Of a stretch of DNA of 37,521 nt, positions 1 to 9,088 are shown piece by piece. Position 1 is the stretch's first letter. Each line of letters begins with the position of its first letter. Location of the stretch: NCBI GenBank assembly GCA_963760795.1, contig CAVXEP010000023.1:1-37521 (forward strand), given 5' to 3'. Both the position numbers and the translations under genes were made by a program. The notes under the pieces are model-generated. The model saw only the letters and a program-made list of their open reading frames with translations. It searched no databases and was not told where the DNA came from. The DNA comes from an uncultured delta proteobacterium (GTDB taxonomy: Bacteria > Desulfobacterota > Binatia > UBA9968).

Positions 1-255
1 TAGCGGCTGATTTTGCCCCACCATCACATGACCTAGATAAAATACTTTCGGGTCGGCGAGAATTTTTTTGAACTGTTTGCGCAGGCCGGTCTTCATCTTT
101 TCCTTGTCGACAAAGATGCCGTACTCCGCCAGCCCGCCCGGTTTGATGTCGCGATTGATCAAGACCACCCGATGGCCCGCTTCGGTCAATTTGCGCGCGC
201 CGTACAGCCCCGCGGGCCCCGCACCGACCACCGCAACCAAATGTTGATTGGACAT
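1..255 (-). CDS. FAD-dependent oxidoreductase, ferredoxin-NADP+ reductase/FprA-like (N-terminal part; runs off window)
   Basis: Read manually from ATG at 255: MSNQHLVAVVGAGPAGLYGARKLTEAGHRVVLINRDIKPGGLAEYGI... It has a GxGxxG Rossmann motif and a GGLxxYG motif, with an RBS-like GAGG upstream. Confidence 0.8.
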   Translation of the reverse strand, partial: MSNQHLVAVVGAGPAGLYGARKLTEAGHRVVLINRDIKPGGLAEYGIFVDKEKMKTGLRKQFKKILADPKVFYLGHVMVGQNQPL

Positions 256-343
256 CGTCTTTCCTCATAACCAGAAATGTATTTCTCTCGCCGTTGAGAG
301 ATGACTTGAAGAAAAAACTAGAGAGGCAAAGGGCGCCTATGAC

Positions 344-613
344 TTACTGAAGTTCCCTTTTGCCTTCGTATTCTAACTCGGTACCGCGGGAGTCCTTATG
401 GGTAAAGGAAACCATTTCCCAACTGCCATCTTCAAGGGGTCCCTTGAGAATGTAGGAGTTCTCGTCGCTGCCGAGAACCCGAAAGTAGCAAGCTTGCTCG
501 CCGTACCAGCGATCCACGCAGGCTTCGACCTTGATGGTTCGCGCTCCGAGCATGAACTGGGTAGGACTTTCCTGTCCCTTGGAGTCGGCAGAAGATTCGA
601 CTTTGACTTTCAT
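344..613 (-). CDS. small conserved hypothetical protein (89 aa)
   Basis: C-terminal part of ORF 344..850 starting at ATG 613 (MKVKVE...VDRWYG..YFRV..YIL..W). The longer start would overlap the divergent aldolase gene. Confidence 0.6.
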   Translation of the reverse strand: MKVKVESSADSKGQESPTQFMLGARTIKVEACVDRWYGEQACYFRVLGSDENSYILKGPLEDGSWEMVSFTHKDSRGTELEYEGKRELQ

Positions 614-685
614 AGTGGACTCGCTTATCCCAGCAATCGGAACGAGGTAATATAGCTCAAATTTTTCAGACTTTAAAGGAGTCCC

Positions 686-1375
686 ATGACCACCGTCAAT
701 CAGCTGAGAAAAGACATTATCAGCGCCAGCCGGATTCTTTCGCACCTGAAACTCGTCGAAGGGTTCGGTCATGTCAGCGCGCGCATCCCCGACAGCGACC
801 TCTTCTTGATCACCCCGCGCATCAGCCTGGCCATGGTCAGCGAAGAGCAATTACTGACAATGAACCTGAACGGGGACATAGTCGAAGGAAACCACCCCCG
901 CCCTTCGAGGCCTGGCTGCACACGGCGATCATGAAAACCAAGCCGCGGGTCAATGCGATCACCCGCATCCACGCCCGCGTGGCAAATATTTTTTCCGTCA
1001 CCGACCGCCGGCTCGAGCCGGTGCACAATCACGGCAGTTTCTTCGCCGGCGGCGTGCCGGTATTCACCCCTGCCGATCTGATCTCGACCGAGAAACTTGG
1101 CAACGATGTCAGCGAAACCTTGGCTAACCGCCCAGCTGTGCTACTTCGTGGCAACGGCCAGGTGACGGTTGGCAGAACGATTCCGGAAGCGGTAATGATG
1201 GCGATCTATTTGGAAGAGGCGGCGGCAGGTGCTTTACGGCGCGCTCCAGATCGGCACACCGATCCCGTTGACCGTCGATGAATCGAAACAGCGGCAGATC
1301 GAAGCGTTACCGCCAGTCGACATGGAGCGGGCCTGGAATTTCTTTAAGAATAAGGTGGAGCGCGAGAGCAGATAA
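686..1375 (+). CDS. class II aldolase/adducin family protein (2 apparent frameshifts, ~900 and ~1225)
   Basis: ORFs 686..934 and 931..1281 plus a third frame ending TAA at 1375. Motifs GFGHVSAR, (F)EAWLH, LLRGNG, EAVMMAIYLEEAA; AAGGAG RBS. Confidence 0.8.
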
Positions 1376-1389
1376 GCGGCTTAGAAATG

Positions 1390-1425
1390 AAAAAAGCGCG
1401 GCACCCGGAAGATGTCGCGCTTTTT
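1390..1425. terminator. bidirectional intrinsic terminator
   Basis: AAAAAA-GCGCGGCA-loop-TGTCGCGC-TTTTT between convergent genes. Confidence 0.75.
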
Positions 1426-1445
1426 ATCGATTGATGCGAAAAAAT

Positions 1446-2159
1446 TTACTTGCCGGCGACTTCGAAGCTTACCTTGGCGTCTTCTTTCGCCTTGACCGCA
1501 ACCTTCTGGGTGCTCTTGCCGAGCTTTTCATGCCACACCTCGACGGTGTAGCTACCGGCGGGCACATCAGTCAGCTTGAAGCTGCCCGATCCGTCGGTAA
1601 CCGCAAAATAGGGGTTGGCGGTGGCCACGAGCCAGCCATGCATCCAGCCATGGACATCGCACTTCACTTCCACCGCTTCCGGTTTGTCGATCTTCACTTC
1701 CAAGGTCTTTTTAAACTTGGGCTGAGCCTGATTGAACGGGGTGTTAGCCTTGCTATAGGAATGAACGTTATGAAGGATACCGTCAGGATTGAGGATTTCC
1801 ACAGTTGACCCAGCCGGAAAAGCTAGTACATGCGGTTTATACTCGCAACCGTTTTGGTCGAGAGTCACCTTTTTGGCATCGATCTTCTTGCCGCTCTTGA
1901 TATCCGTGATCGTCACTACCGCATTGGCCAGGTTGCCGTCTTTCACGATCAAAGACTGATCCATCTTTGGCGATTTGTCGCAAACTTCTTTATCTTTGCC
2001 GACGTCGAGCTTTTTGGGTGCTGGCGCCGTCCCTTTGAATTTGACGGTACCGGAAATTGATCCGCCATCTTTCACATCCCCACCGGTATATTGCGCCATT
2101 ACCGTCACCGGCGCCGTCACCAGAGCGGTAGTCAACATAAGAAAACCAAACTTATTCAT
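1446..2159 (-). CDS. periplasmic protein with cupredoxin-like core and carboxypeptidase-regulatory-like (prealbumin-fold) domain
   Basis: Signal peptide; HNVH ... CDVHGWM (His...Cys-x2-His-x2-Met, type-1 Cu-like); C-terminal FAVTDGSGSFKLTDVPAGSYTVEVWHE. Confidence 0.75.
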   Translation of the reverse strand: MNKFGFLMLTTALVTAPVTVMAQYTGGDVKDGGSISGTVKFKGTAPAPKKLDVGKDKEVCDKSPKMDQSLIVKDGNLANAVVTITDIKSGKKIDAKKVTLDQNGCEYKPHVLAFPAGSTVEILNPDGILHNVHSYSKANTPFNQAQPKFKKTLEVKIDKPEAVEVKCDVHGWMHGWLVATANPYFAVTDGSGSFKLTDVPAGSYTVEVWHEKLGKSTQKVAVKAKEDAKVSFEVAGK

Positions 2160-2229
2160 AAATTCCTCCTTCGACCTAACTGGTCATCGGTTGGACGACC
2201 AGGCTACTGCGATATTCATCTATTAATCG

Positions 2230-4928
2230 CTATTTTGCCGGTTTTGTTTTAGCCACCTGCGGCGCCGCAGCGGCAGCCGCTGGCGCCCCGCCGCGCCCGA
2301 TCGACATCAAGTAATCGCGCAATGCCTCGATCTGCAAGTCTTCTTTGCCGCCGAGGATGTTATCCGGGCCGCCCGGATAGAACGACGGCATTTTTGTCCC
2401 CGGCTGAACTTTCTGCGGATCCTTGAGCCACTTGATGATCCAGTTGGGATTCAACCGCTGCCGCGCCATGGCTAAATCAGGAGCCCAACCGTCTTTCGGC
2501 CCCTCGGGATTTTTCGCTCCCTGGACATGGCAACTGAAACAGTTGAAGTAGTCCGGGGAGGTCATGGTTTTCGCGGCATCGATATGCTCCGCCGGGATCT
2601 TGCGGTCGTCGATGTAATGATACGGCTGCTCGACCTTCGACAAGGCCGTTGAAGTAGTTCACCAGTTGCGTGGTATGCTCATCGGACAAGCCGAAAGTCG
2701 GCATTCTAATATCCAACCATGGGCGCAAAATGCTAGGCGACTTCAGGAAGCTGAAGAGCCACGGCGATTGCACCTTCTCGCCCTCGCCGTTCAACGGCGG
2801 CGGCGCCAACGTCACATTCTCCTGATAATACTTGCGCACGAAACCGCCGCGTTTTTCGATCTCGTGACAGCCGACGCAGTTGTACTGCTGCATCAAGCGC
2901 CGACCTTCGACCACCTGTTGGACGCGCGACCCTTGATCGGCCAGGTAACGGTGACCGACTTTGCGCTCGCGGAAGCCGCCCAACAACATCCGTAGAGCCT
3001 TGATGTCCTCGTCTTCTAAATCGAACTGCGGCATCAGCTGTTCGACGCGCTCGGTCGCATAGCCTCGCGGAGTCTTAATTTTATGGTATGTCCAGTCGTC
3101 CCAGGTATGCTTGACGTCGGTGCGATTGCCGAACGACAGCTCTTCAACCGTCTTGGAACCAAAAGTAGTCAGCTCGGCGCCGATGCGGGACTCCTTCTCC
3201 ATGCCTTTGATATCATGGCAGCCGGAACAGCCCCATTTACGCACCAGTGTCTCGCCGCGCTTGATGTTGTTGGCATCGGCGAGCTTTTCCTGAATGCCGG
3301 CAACCGGATCCGGCTTGCCGCCCAAGGTCATCAAATAGTTGGTGATGGAAAACGCCTCGTCGTCGGACAAGCGCAAGCTCGGCATACGCGTGTCATGCTG
3401 GAAGCCGCGTGGGTCCTTGATCCAATGGTAGATCCATTGGGGGCCAGCAACTTTGGCTGCGATATCCTTGAGATTGGGAACCAGATCTTTTGATTTGCCC
3501 AAGGGCGTAGAGAATTCGCCGTCGGCAAATCCGTGGCAGCCCTTGCAGCCGATGGTCTCCACGAGCTTTTTACCCTTGGCGATATCGTTGGGATCGCCCT
3601 CGCGAAATCCCGCCGGCGCCGCATGTTCCGCGGTCCATTTGTCGCCCTCTTCCTTGGACTGCGACCAGATGTAGGCGGCCACCGCCACAGCGTCATCCGG
3701 TTTGAGCTCGAAATTCGGCATGCGCGTGCGCGGCCGGAACTTATGCGGGTTTTCAATCCAGCGCACCATCCAGCCGGGATCGACTTTGGCGCTGATCTTT
3801 TTCAGGCTCGGCGCGATCTTGGGAATGTTTTCGTAGCCTTTGACTAAATGGCAACCGGTACAACCGACCTGCTCGAATAATCTTTGGCCCTCAGCGAGTA
3901 GCGGCGCATCTTCGGCGAACTTCTGCACATCCAGATGGCAAGAGGTACAGCTCGACTGCACCTTGCTGCCGCGCAGCAACGGAAACTCCCACAGATGCAC
4001 GTCACCATGGGCCTGTTTGACACTATTGACGGCCATCCCCTGGCCTTCATGACAGCCGGTGCAACCGACACGGTCCGGTGAATGGGCGCTATCGGCGAGC
4101 AACACTTCGCGCCGCGGGTGGGTCTTGAAGGGATTGGCTTCCTTCTCGAAGCCGGCTCGATTAATCGCCAGATGACAGGTCTGGCAACGATCCACGCGAG
4201 CTACCGGTTGGTCGAAACGGTTGCGGTCGAACTCATCGAGAGAAACTTGCTGGATCTTGGCGATTTTGAAGAAAGCTCATGGGACCGAGCTTAAAGGTCA
4301 CGTTTTCCTTTACCCGGATCCATTTGTCCCGCTCGCCGGTCATTTTGCCAAGTTCATTCTCGATTTCCTTGGCGCCGGACTGGATCTTTTTGATCTCGTC
4401 CTTTAACTGGTTCCGCCTGGCGCGCACCGGCTCAAGCTCCTTCTCCAAAACCGCCTTTTTCTTGTCCAGTTCAGCAATGACATCGAGATAAGGTTGCGGG
4501 TTGCGCTTTTGCTGCACCGCGTGATCATGCTCGTACCAGGCCTCTTCGAGCTCGCTCTTGACGTCCTTAACCTTTTGATCGGTCTCCTGAAACTTGACCG
4601 TTACTCGGGCTTCTTCGCGTTCGAGCGCCTTGAGCTTCTTGCCGGTCTCGCCGCTCGCTAAATCGGCCTGAAACGCCGCAAGCTTTTGCGACAGCTCTTT
4701 GTATTTCTCGTCCGCCTGAAGCTTCTTGTCTTCTTCATCGTAAGCGGCTTGGGCTTTGTTGTAATCGAGCCGGTAGAATTTCGCCTGGACGCCTTTCCAA
4801 GGGCGCCGCGTGATGTTGTCGTCCAAGTAAGCCCAGAGAGACAACGCCGCCAGTATGCCGGCACCGAGGACGAAAGCGCTGCCGTAAGACTTCTTCTCTT
4901 CTTTTGGGTCGACTCCTCGTTCCGCCAT
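2230..4928 (-). CDS. membrane-anchored octaheme cytochrome c of the Rieske/cyt b complex (frameshifts ~4270 and ~2640)
   Basis: Joins ORFs 4233..4928 (TM anchor plus long coiled coil), 2477..4195 and 2230..2643. Eight CxxCH motifs: CQTCH, CTGCH, CTSCH, CTGCH, CKGCH, CSGCH, CVGCH, CFSCH. Repeated distal MP motifs. Confidence 0.85.
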
Positions 4929-4938
4929 CCCGACTCCC

Positions 4939-5106
4939 TTACACTGCCTTGCGCTCCAGCGCGCGGCCCAATGAAAACACTCCGAGACCGATGAGCGTCA
5001 AAACTATTTCTTCCGCCATGGAAGAATTTCTCATGATGCCGACAAACAAAGCATATCCGATATCCGCAAGCCCCAAAGCCTGCAGAATTTTCGCCACGTA
5101 AAACAT
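4939..5106 (-). CDS. 55-aa two-TM membrane peptide inside the bc-complex operon
   Basis: Manually translated MFYVAKILQALGLADIGYALFVGIMRNSSMAEEIVLTLIGLGVFSLGRALERKAV*. Starts 2 nt after the upstream stop and ends 10 nt before the cytochrome c ATG. Confidence 0.7.
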   Translation of the reverse strand: MFYVAKILQALGLADIGYALFVGIMRNSSMAEEIVLTLIGLGVFSLGRALERKAV

Positions 5107-5108
5107 AC

Positions 5109-5877
5109 CTAGATATTAATCCACGGCGTAACCAAAACGTATTTGACGTTAAACGCGAGGCGTAAAAACATTTTCGCCGGCAGCGACATCATCAGGACAA
5201 GAATCACGCCGGTGATGGTGAAGCGCACCATGCCCCAGCGCTCAAGAAACTCTTTGCCTTTGACCTTGATCACAAACAGGTAGAACAGCAACATGCCGAC
5301 GACAAAGTAGGCGCCGATCGCGACCAATCCGAATACCGCCGCGAACCAATAATCGCGAATTCCGAGCAGGTAGGGCAAATCGACGTTGGTCAAGGCGACA
5401 ACTTTATGGGCGTCCCAGTGCTGCCATGGCCAGAATAAGGTTCCAGCCGGGACCGCGGAAAAAGGTCCCGATGATAATCATCACGACCCAGAGAACGTGA
5501 AAACCGAATATGAAGGTCAGGATCTCCCACTTGCGGTCCTTGAAGCAGTAATAGCCGTTGCCGCGTGGATTGGTATCGATGAACGGGATCACCATCAGGC
5601 CGACAATGATAAGGGTCGGCAACACCACGCCGGCATGCCAGGGGTCGAAGTAAACCAGCATCTCTTGCAAGCCCAAAAAGTACCACGGCGCCTTCGAAGG
5701 GTTGGGCGTTTTGGTCGGATTGGCCGCTTCTTCGAGCGGCGCGTCGATGGTCAGCGACCAAATCGTCAGACCGATCATCACGAACAACATCACCAGAAAC
5801 TCCATCCGCACCAGATGGGGCCAGGTATGAATCTTATCGTCGACCGGAAGTTTTCGCTCTTGTGCGGCCTCTGCCAT
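5109..5877 (-). CDS. cytochrome b6 subunit IV-like (cyt b C-terminal) with extra C-terminal TM helices (frameshift ~5430)
   Basis: ORFs 5404..5877 and 5109..5393. TWPHL...APLEEAANPTKTPNPSKAPWYF (PEWY-equivalent). Confidence 0.85.
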
Positions 5878-5901
5878 AGATCAGCCTCGTTTTCGCGTTG
5901 C

Positions 5902-6673
5902 CTATAAGGATGGACCGGAAAAACCGTCGCGGCGGATGCGCCAAAAATGCACGGCCATCAGAATGCTGGCGACCAGCGGGATAAAAATGCAATGAAGAAT
6001 ATAGAAGCGTAAAAGCGTATGCGGTCCGATCTCGCCGCCGCCGAAGAGAAAGGCACGGGCATCGTAGATCGGATTAGCGCCGACAAACTCGGCGAAGGGA
6101 CCTTCATAGCCCAACAGCGGCGTCGCCCGGGCCATGTTGGAACCGACGGTAACCGCCCAGATCGCCAGCTGGTCCCAGGGCAGCAAGTAACCGGTGAAAC
6201 TTAACAGCAGCGTGAGCACGAGCAGCAGCACGCCGACGATCCAGTTGAACTCGCGCGGCGGTTTGTAGGAACCGGTGAGAAAAACGCGGAACATATGCAG
6301 CCAGACAAATACGATCATGGCGTGGGCCGCCCACCGGTGCATGTTGCGCATGAGCATGCCGAAGGGCATATCGAACTCGAGATACTTCATGTCGGCATAG
6401 GCGTACTCCGCCACCGGCCGGTAGTAAAACATCAGATAGATGCCGGTGATGGCGGTGATGAGAAACATCAAGAAAGGTGAGACCGCCCATGCACCAGGTA
6501 AAGCGCATGCGCACGGCATGGCGCCGCACTTTGGCGGGATGGAGATGGAGAAACACGTTGGCGGTCACCATCATCACCCGGTTACGCGGCGTATCGTCAT
6601 AACCGTGACGGAAGATCGCCTTCCAAACTTGGCTTTCGACGATATCGTTTTTGATCTTTTCTAATGGACTCAT
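5902..6673 (-). CDS. cytochrome b6-like (cyt b N-terminal) (frameshift ~6475)
   Basis: ORFs 6104..6673 and 5902..6519. WCMGG (heme ci Cys), MHRWAAH...[32 protein letters not shown]-x14-H. Confidence 0.9.
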
Positions 6674-6684
6674 GATTTTTCCCG

Positions 6685-7203
6685 CTAGGCTTTGAGAATA
6701 CTTTCGGGATACTGCTCGTCTGGATCGGCCCCCGCAGTACCTTTGAAAATCTTGTTCTTATCGACCACCAGCTGGCCATCGTCGCCGACAGTTAGCAGAA
6801 ACCGGTCGAGCGGGCGCGGCGCCGGTCCTTCGAAATTCAGGCCTGACTTATAAAAGCCGCTGCCATGGCAGGGACATTTGAATTTGCTCTCCGCGGCGAG
6901 CCAGCGCGGCGTGCAGCCCAGGTGCGTGCACTTGGCAAAAATCGCATAAACGCCGGTCTCTTCGCGGATGATCCAAACCCGCTGGTCCTGTTTGTACTTT
7001 TCACTCACTTCGCCGAGGGCATAATCAGATGGAAAGCCGGCTTTAAACGTTGCCGGCGGTTGAAACAGCACCCGGGGAAACGCCGAGCGCAGAAAACCGA
7101 GAAGACTCAAGCCGCCAAATACGCCAAACCCGCCCCAGCCCAAACGCGTGAAGAAATCCCGCCGTGACCAAATGCCGCCTTTTTTCTTTTCCGATTCTGC
7201 CAT
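6685..7203 (-). CDS. Rieske [2Fe-2S] subunit of quinol:cytochrome c oxidoreductase
   Basis: Tat motif SRRDFF plus TM helix; CTHLGC and CPCHGS boxes; GPAPRPL. Confidence 0.95.
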   Translation of the reverse strand: MAESEKKKGGIWSRRDFFTRLGWGGFGVFGGLSLLGFLRSAFPRVLFQPPATFKAGFPSDYALGEVSEKYKQDQRVWIIREETGVYAIFAKCTHLGCTPRWLAAESKFKCPCHGSGFYKSGLNFEGPAPRPLDRFLLTVGDDGQLVVDKNKIFKGTAGADPDEQYPESILKA

Positions 7204-7205
7204 AA

Positions 7206-7556
7206 CTATTTCGCTTTCTTAAGCCAGCTGATCAACGCTCCCCAAACTACAAAAGTTATGCCGCCTAACATCAGCAGCAGCCCTACCGGGCCGAATACAA
7301 ACGACAACCCGCCACCCAAAAAGAACAACAGGACTCCGGTTCCCAGTGGATTGAAAGGCGCCGGTGTCGCCCCCGCACCCGGTGCCGGTTCAGCCTTGTG
7401 GATGAACTCTTCGCGCATCAGCGCGATGGCCAACTCCGAGAGATCATGGCGCCGCTCAGGGTCGGCGCCCTGAATCAGACGGCCAAGCTCTTGAGCCAAC
7501 CTTTCGATCTCTTGTTCGCGCGCTTCCGGCGCAAGATTGGGAGTATCGGATGTCAC
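7206..7556 (-). CDS. hypothetical membrane protein (2 C-terminal TM helices), first gene of the bc operon
   Basis: 116-aa ORF ending 2 nt before the Rieske start; hydrophobic C-terminus. Confidence 0.65.
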   Translation of the reverse strand: MTSDTPNLAPEAREQEIERLAQELGRLIQGADPERRHDLSELAIALMREEFIHKAEPAPGAGATPAPFNPLGTGVLLFFLGGGLSFVFGPVGLLLMLGGITFVVWGALISWLKKAK

Positions 7557-7567
7557 CTGAGATTAGG

Positions 7568-7605
7568 ATTGTTGATTATTATAGAAAATATTCTTTGTCA
7601 ACAAT
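7568..7605. promoter_or_regulatory. AT-rich imperfect palindrome upstream of the bc operon (candidate promoter/operator)
   Basis: ATTGTTGA-N22-TCAACAAT. TTGACA and TATAAT hexamers occur on the minus strand, but only 12 nt apart. Confidence 0.35.
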
Positions 7606-7623
7606 TTAGCCCTTCCTGTAGCG

Positions 7624-8106
7624 TTAACGACCGAGCAAAATCACCGCAGTACCCGCCATTCCCTGCCCTTTGCCAAGCCAACCGAGCTTCTCGGTGGTGG
7701 CGGCCTTGATGCTAACCTCGCTTACGGCAAGTTTGAGCAGGCCGGCAACGCTCTTGCGCATGGCGGGGTAGTGCGGCGCCAGCTTGGGCCGCTGCGCCAC
7801 CAAAGTCACATCGACATTGACGATCTTAAAACGCTTGCGCCGCATGATCGCCAGCACCTCGGCAAGTAGCTTGGCGCTGGCAATCCCCTTGTAACGGCGA
7901 TCGGCATCGGGAAAATGGCTGCCGATATCCCCTTCGCCCATGGCGCCCAACACAGCATTGATCAGCGCGTGCAAAACCACATCGGCGTCGGAATGGCCAA
8001 GCAAACCGACCGGCGACGGAATTTCAACGCCGCCAAGGATCAATTTCCGGCCACGGCGAAAGCGGTGCACGTCGAAACCATGACCGATACGAAACTGTTT
8101 TGCCAT
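7624..8106 (-). CDS. ispF: 2-C-methyl-D-erythritol 2,4-cyclodiphosphate synthase
   Basis: RIGHGFDVH, GHSDADV, GDIGSHFPD, KAATTEKLG. Start taken at MAKQF (8106). Confidence 0.95.
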   Translation of the reverse strand: MAKQFRIGHGFDVHRFRRGRKLILGGVEIPSPVGLLGHSDADVVLHALINAVLGAMGEGDIGSHFPDADRRYKGIASAKLLAEVLAIMRRKRFKIVNVDVTLVAQRPKLAPHYPAMRKSVAGLLKLAVSEVSIKAATTEKLGWLGKGQGMAGTAVILLGR

Positions 8107-8305
8107 CGCTTTTCTGTCGGTGCCGGTATCATCGCCCGAACCGCTGCGACATTCAACCGAATTTCCGGTCGAAGTGAGATTGCCGGCGGGAATTTCGTTA
8201 TTTCCGGCCGAAGGAAATACCAATCGCACCGACACCCTACGACGAAATGGCAGTTATGGAGTTCACAGCGTCTATCCGCTATACTTTGCGCCTAGTTCAG
8301 GAACC

Positions 8306-9052
8306 ATGCGACAGCGAATGCTAATCATCTGCTTGCTGATCTTTGTCGCCCTGCCGCTTTATACCGTGCTCTCCGGTCAAGCGCCGCAGGGACGCGACTT
8401 TCGCACCGCGGACCGCTCCAGCGCCGGCATCGCGCCGCGCGCCGAGTCGACGCCGGAAGCGGTGGTGCAAGTGTATTTCGCTCGCGCGCTCAATTGGCGC
8501 GGCATTTTCGGCGTCCATACCTGGGTCGCCACCAAACCGGCGAACGCCACAGAGTATAACGTGCATCAGGTCATTGGCTGGCGGATTTATCGCGATCTGC
8601 CCGCGGTGTTCTCAGCGCCGGGCATCCCGGACGCCCGTTGGTTCGGTAACGCTCCGACGTTGATCGCCGAGCTGCGCGGCGACGACGCCGCCAAAGCGAT
8701 CCCGAAAATCACCGAGGCAATCGCCAACTATCCTTATTCCAACGAATATAAACTTTGGCCCGGCCCCAACAGCAACACCTTCGTCGCTTTCATCGGCCGC
8801 GCGGCACCTGAACTGCGCATGGATCTGCCCTCCACCGCCATCGGCAAAGACTATCCGATCAACGGCTCAATGATCGATCGCACCCCGAGCGGCACGGGCT
8901 ACCAGCTCTCCATGCTCGGCGTCCTCGGCGTGACCATGGCCCGCGAAGAAGGATTTGAACTGAATCTTCTAGGACTCACCTTCGGCATCGATTTCTACAG
9001 GCCGGCGCTCAAACTGCCCTTCATTGGGCGCCTCGGCATGGGCGAAAACTAA
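8306..9052 (+). CDS. DUF3750 domain-containing protein
   Basis: ADRSSAGIAP, WRGIFGVHTW, WFG, YKLWPGPNSNTF, AIGKDY; N-terminal signal/TM. Confidence 0.85.
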   Translation: MRQRMLIICLLIFVALPLYTVLSGQAPQGRDFRTADRSSAGIAPRAESTPEAVVQVYFARALNWRGIFGVHTWVATKPANATEYNVHQVIGWRIYRDLPAVFSAPGIPDARWFGNAPTLIAELRGDDAAKAIPKITEAIANYPYSNEYKLWPGPNSNTFVAFIGRAAPELRMDLPSTAIGKDYPINGSMIDRTPSGTGYQLSMLGVLGVTMAREEGFELNLLGLTFGIDFYRPALKLPFIGRLGMGEN

Positions 9053-9088
9053 CAAGAATTCTTCGGCCCGGATTCACAAAGCTCCAGG

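Noticed and set aside
2230-4928. Hydroxylamine/hydrazine oxidoreductase-type octaheme enzyme
   Set aside because: The hemes are mostly in widely spaced class-I-like domains with distal MP motifs, which indicates electron transfer rather than HAO-type packing.
8107-8305. Overlapping N-terminal extensions of ispF and DUF3750
   Set aside because: Family-like sequence starts at 8106 and 8306; the region between is a divergent intergenic spacer.
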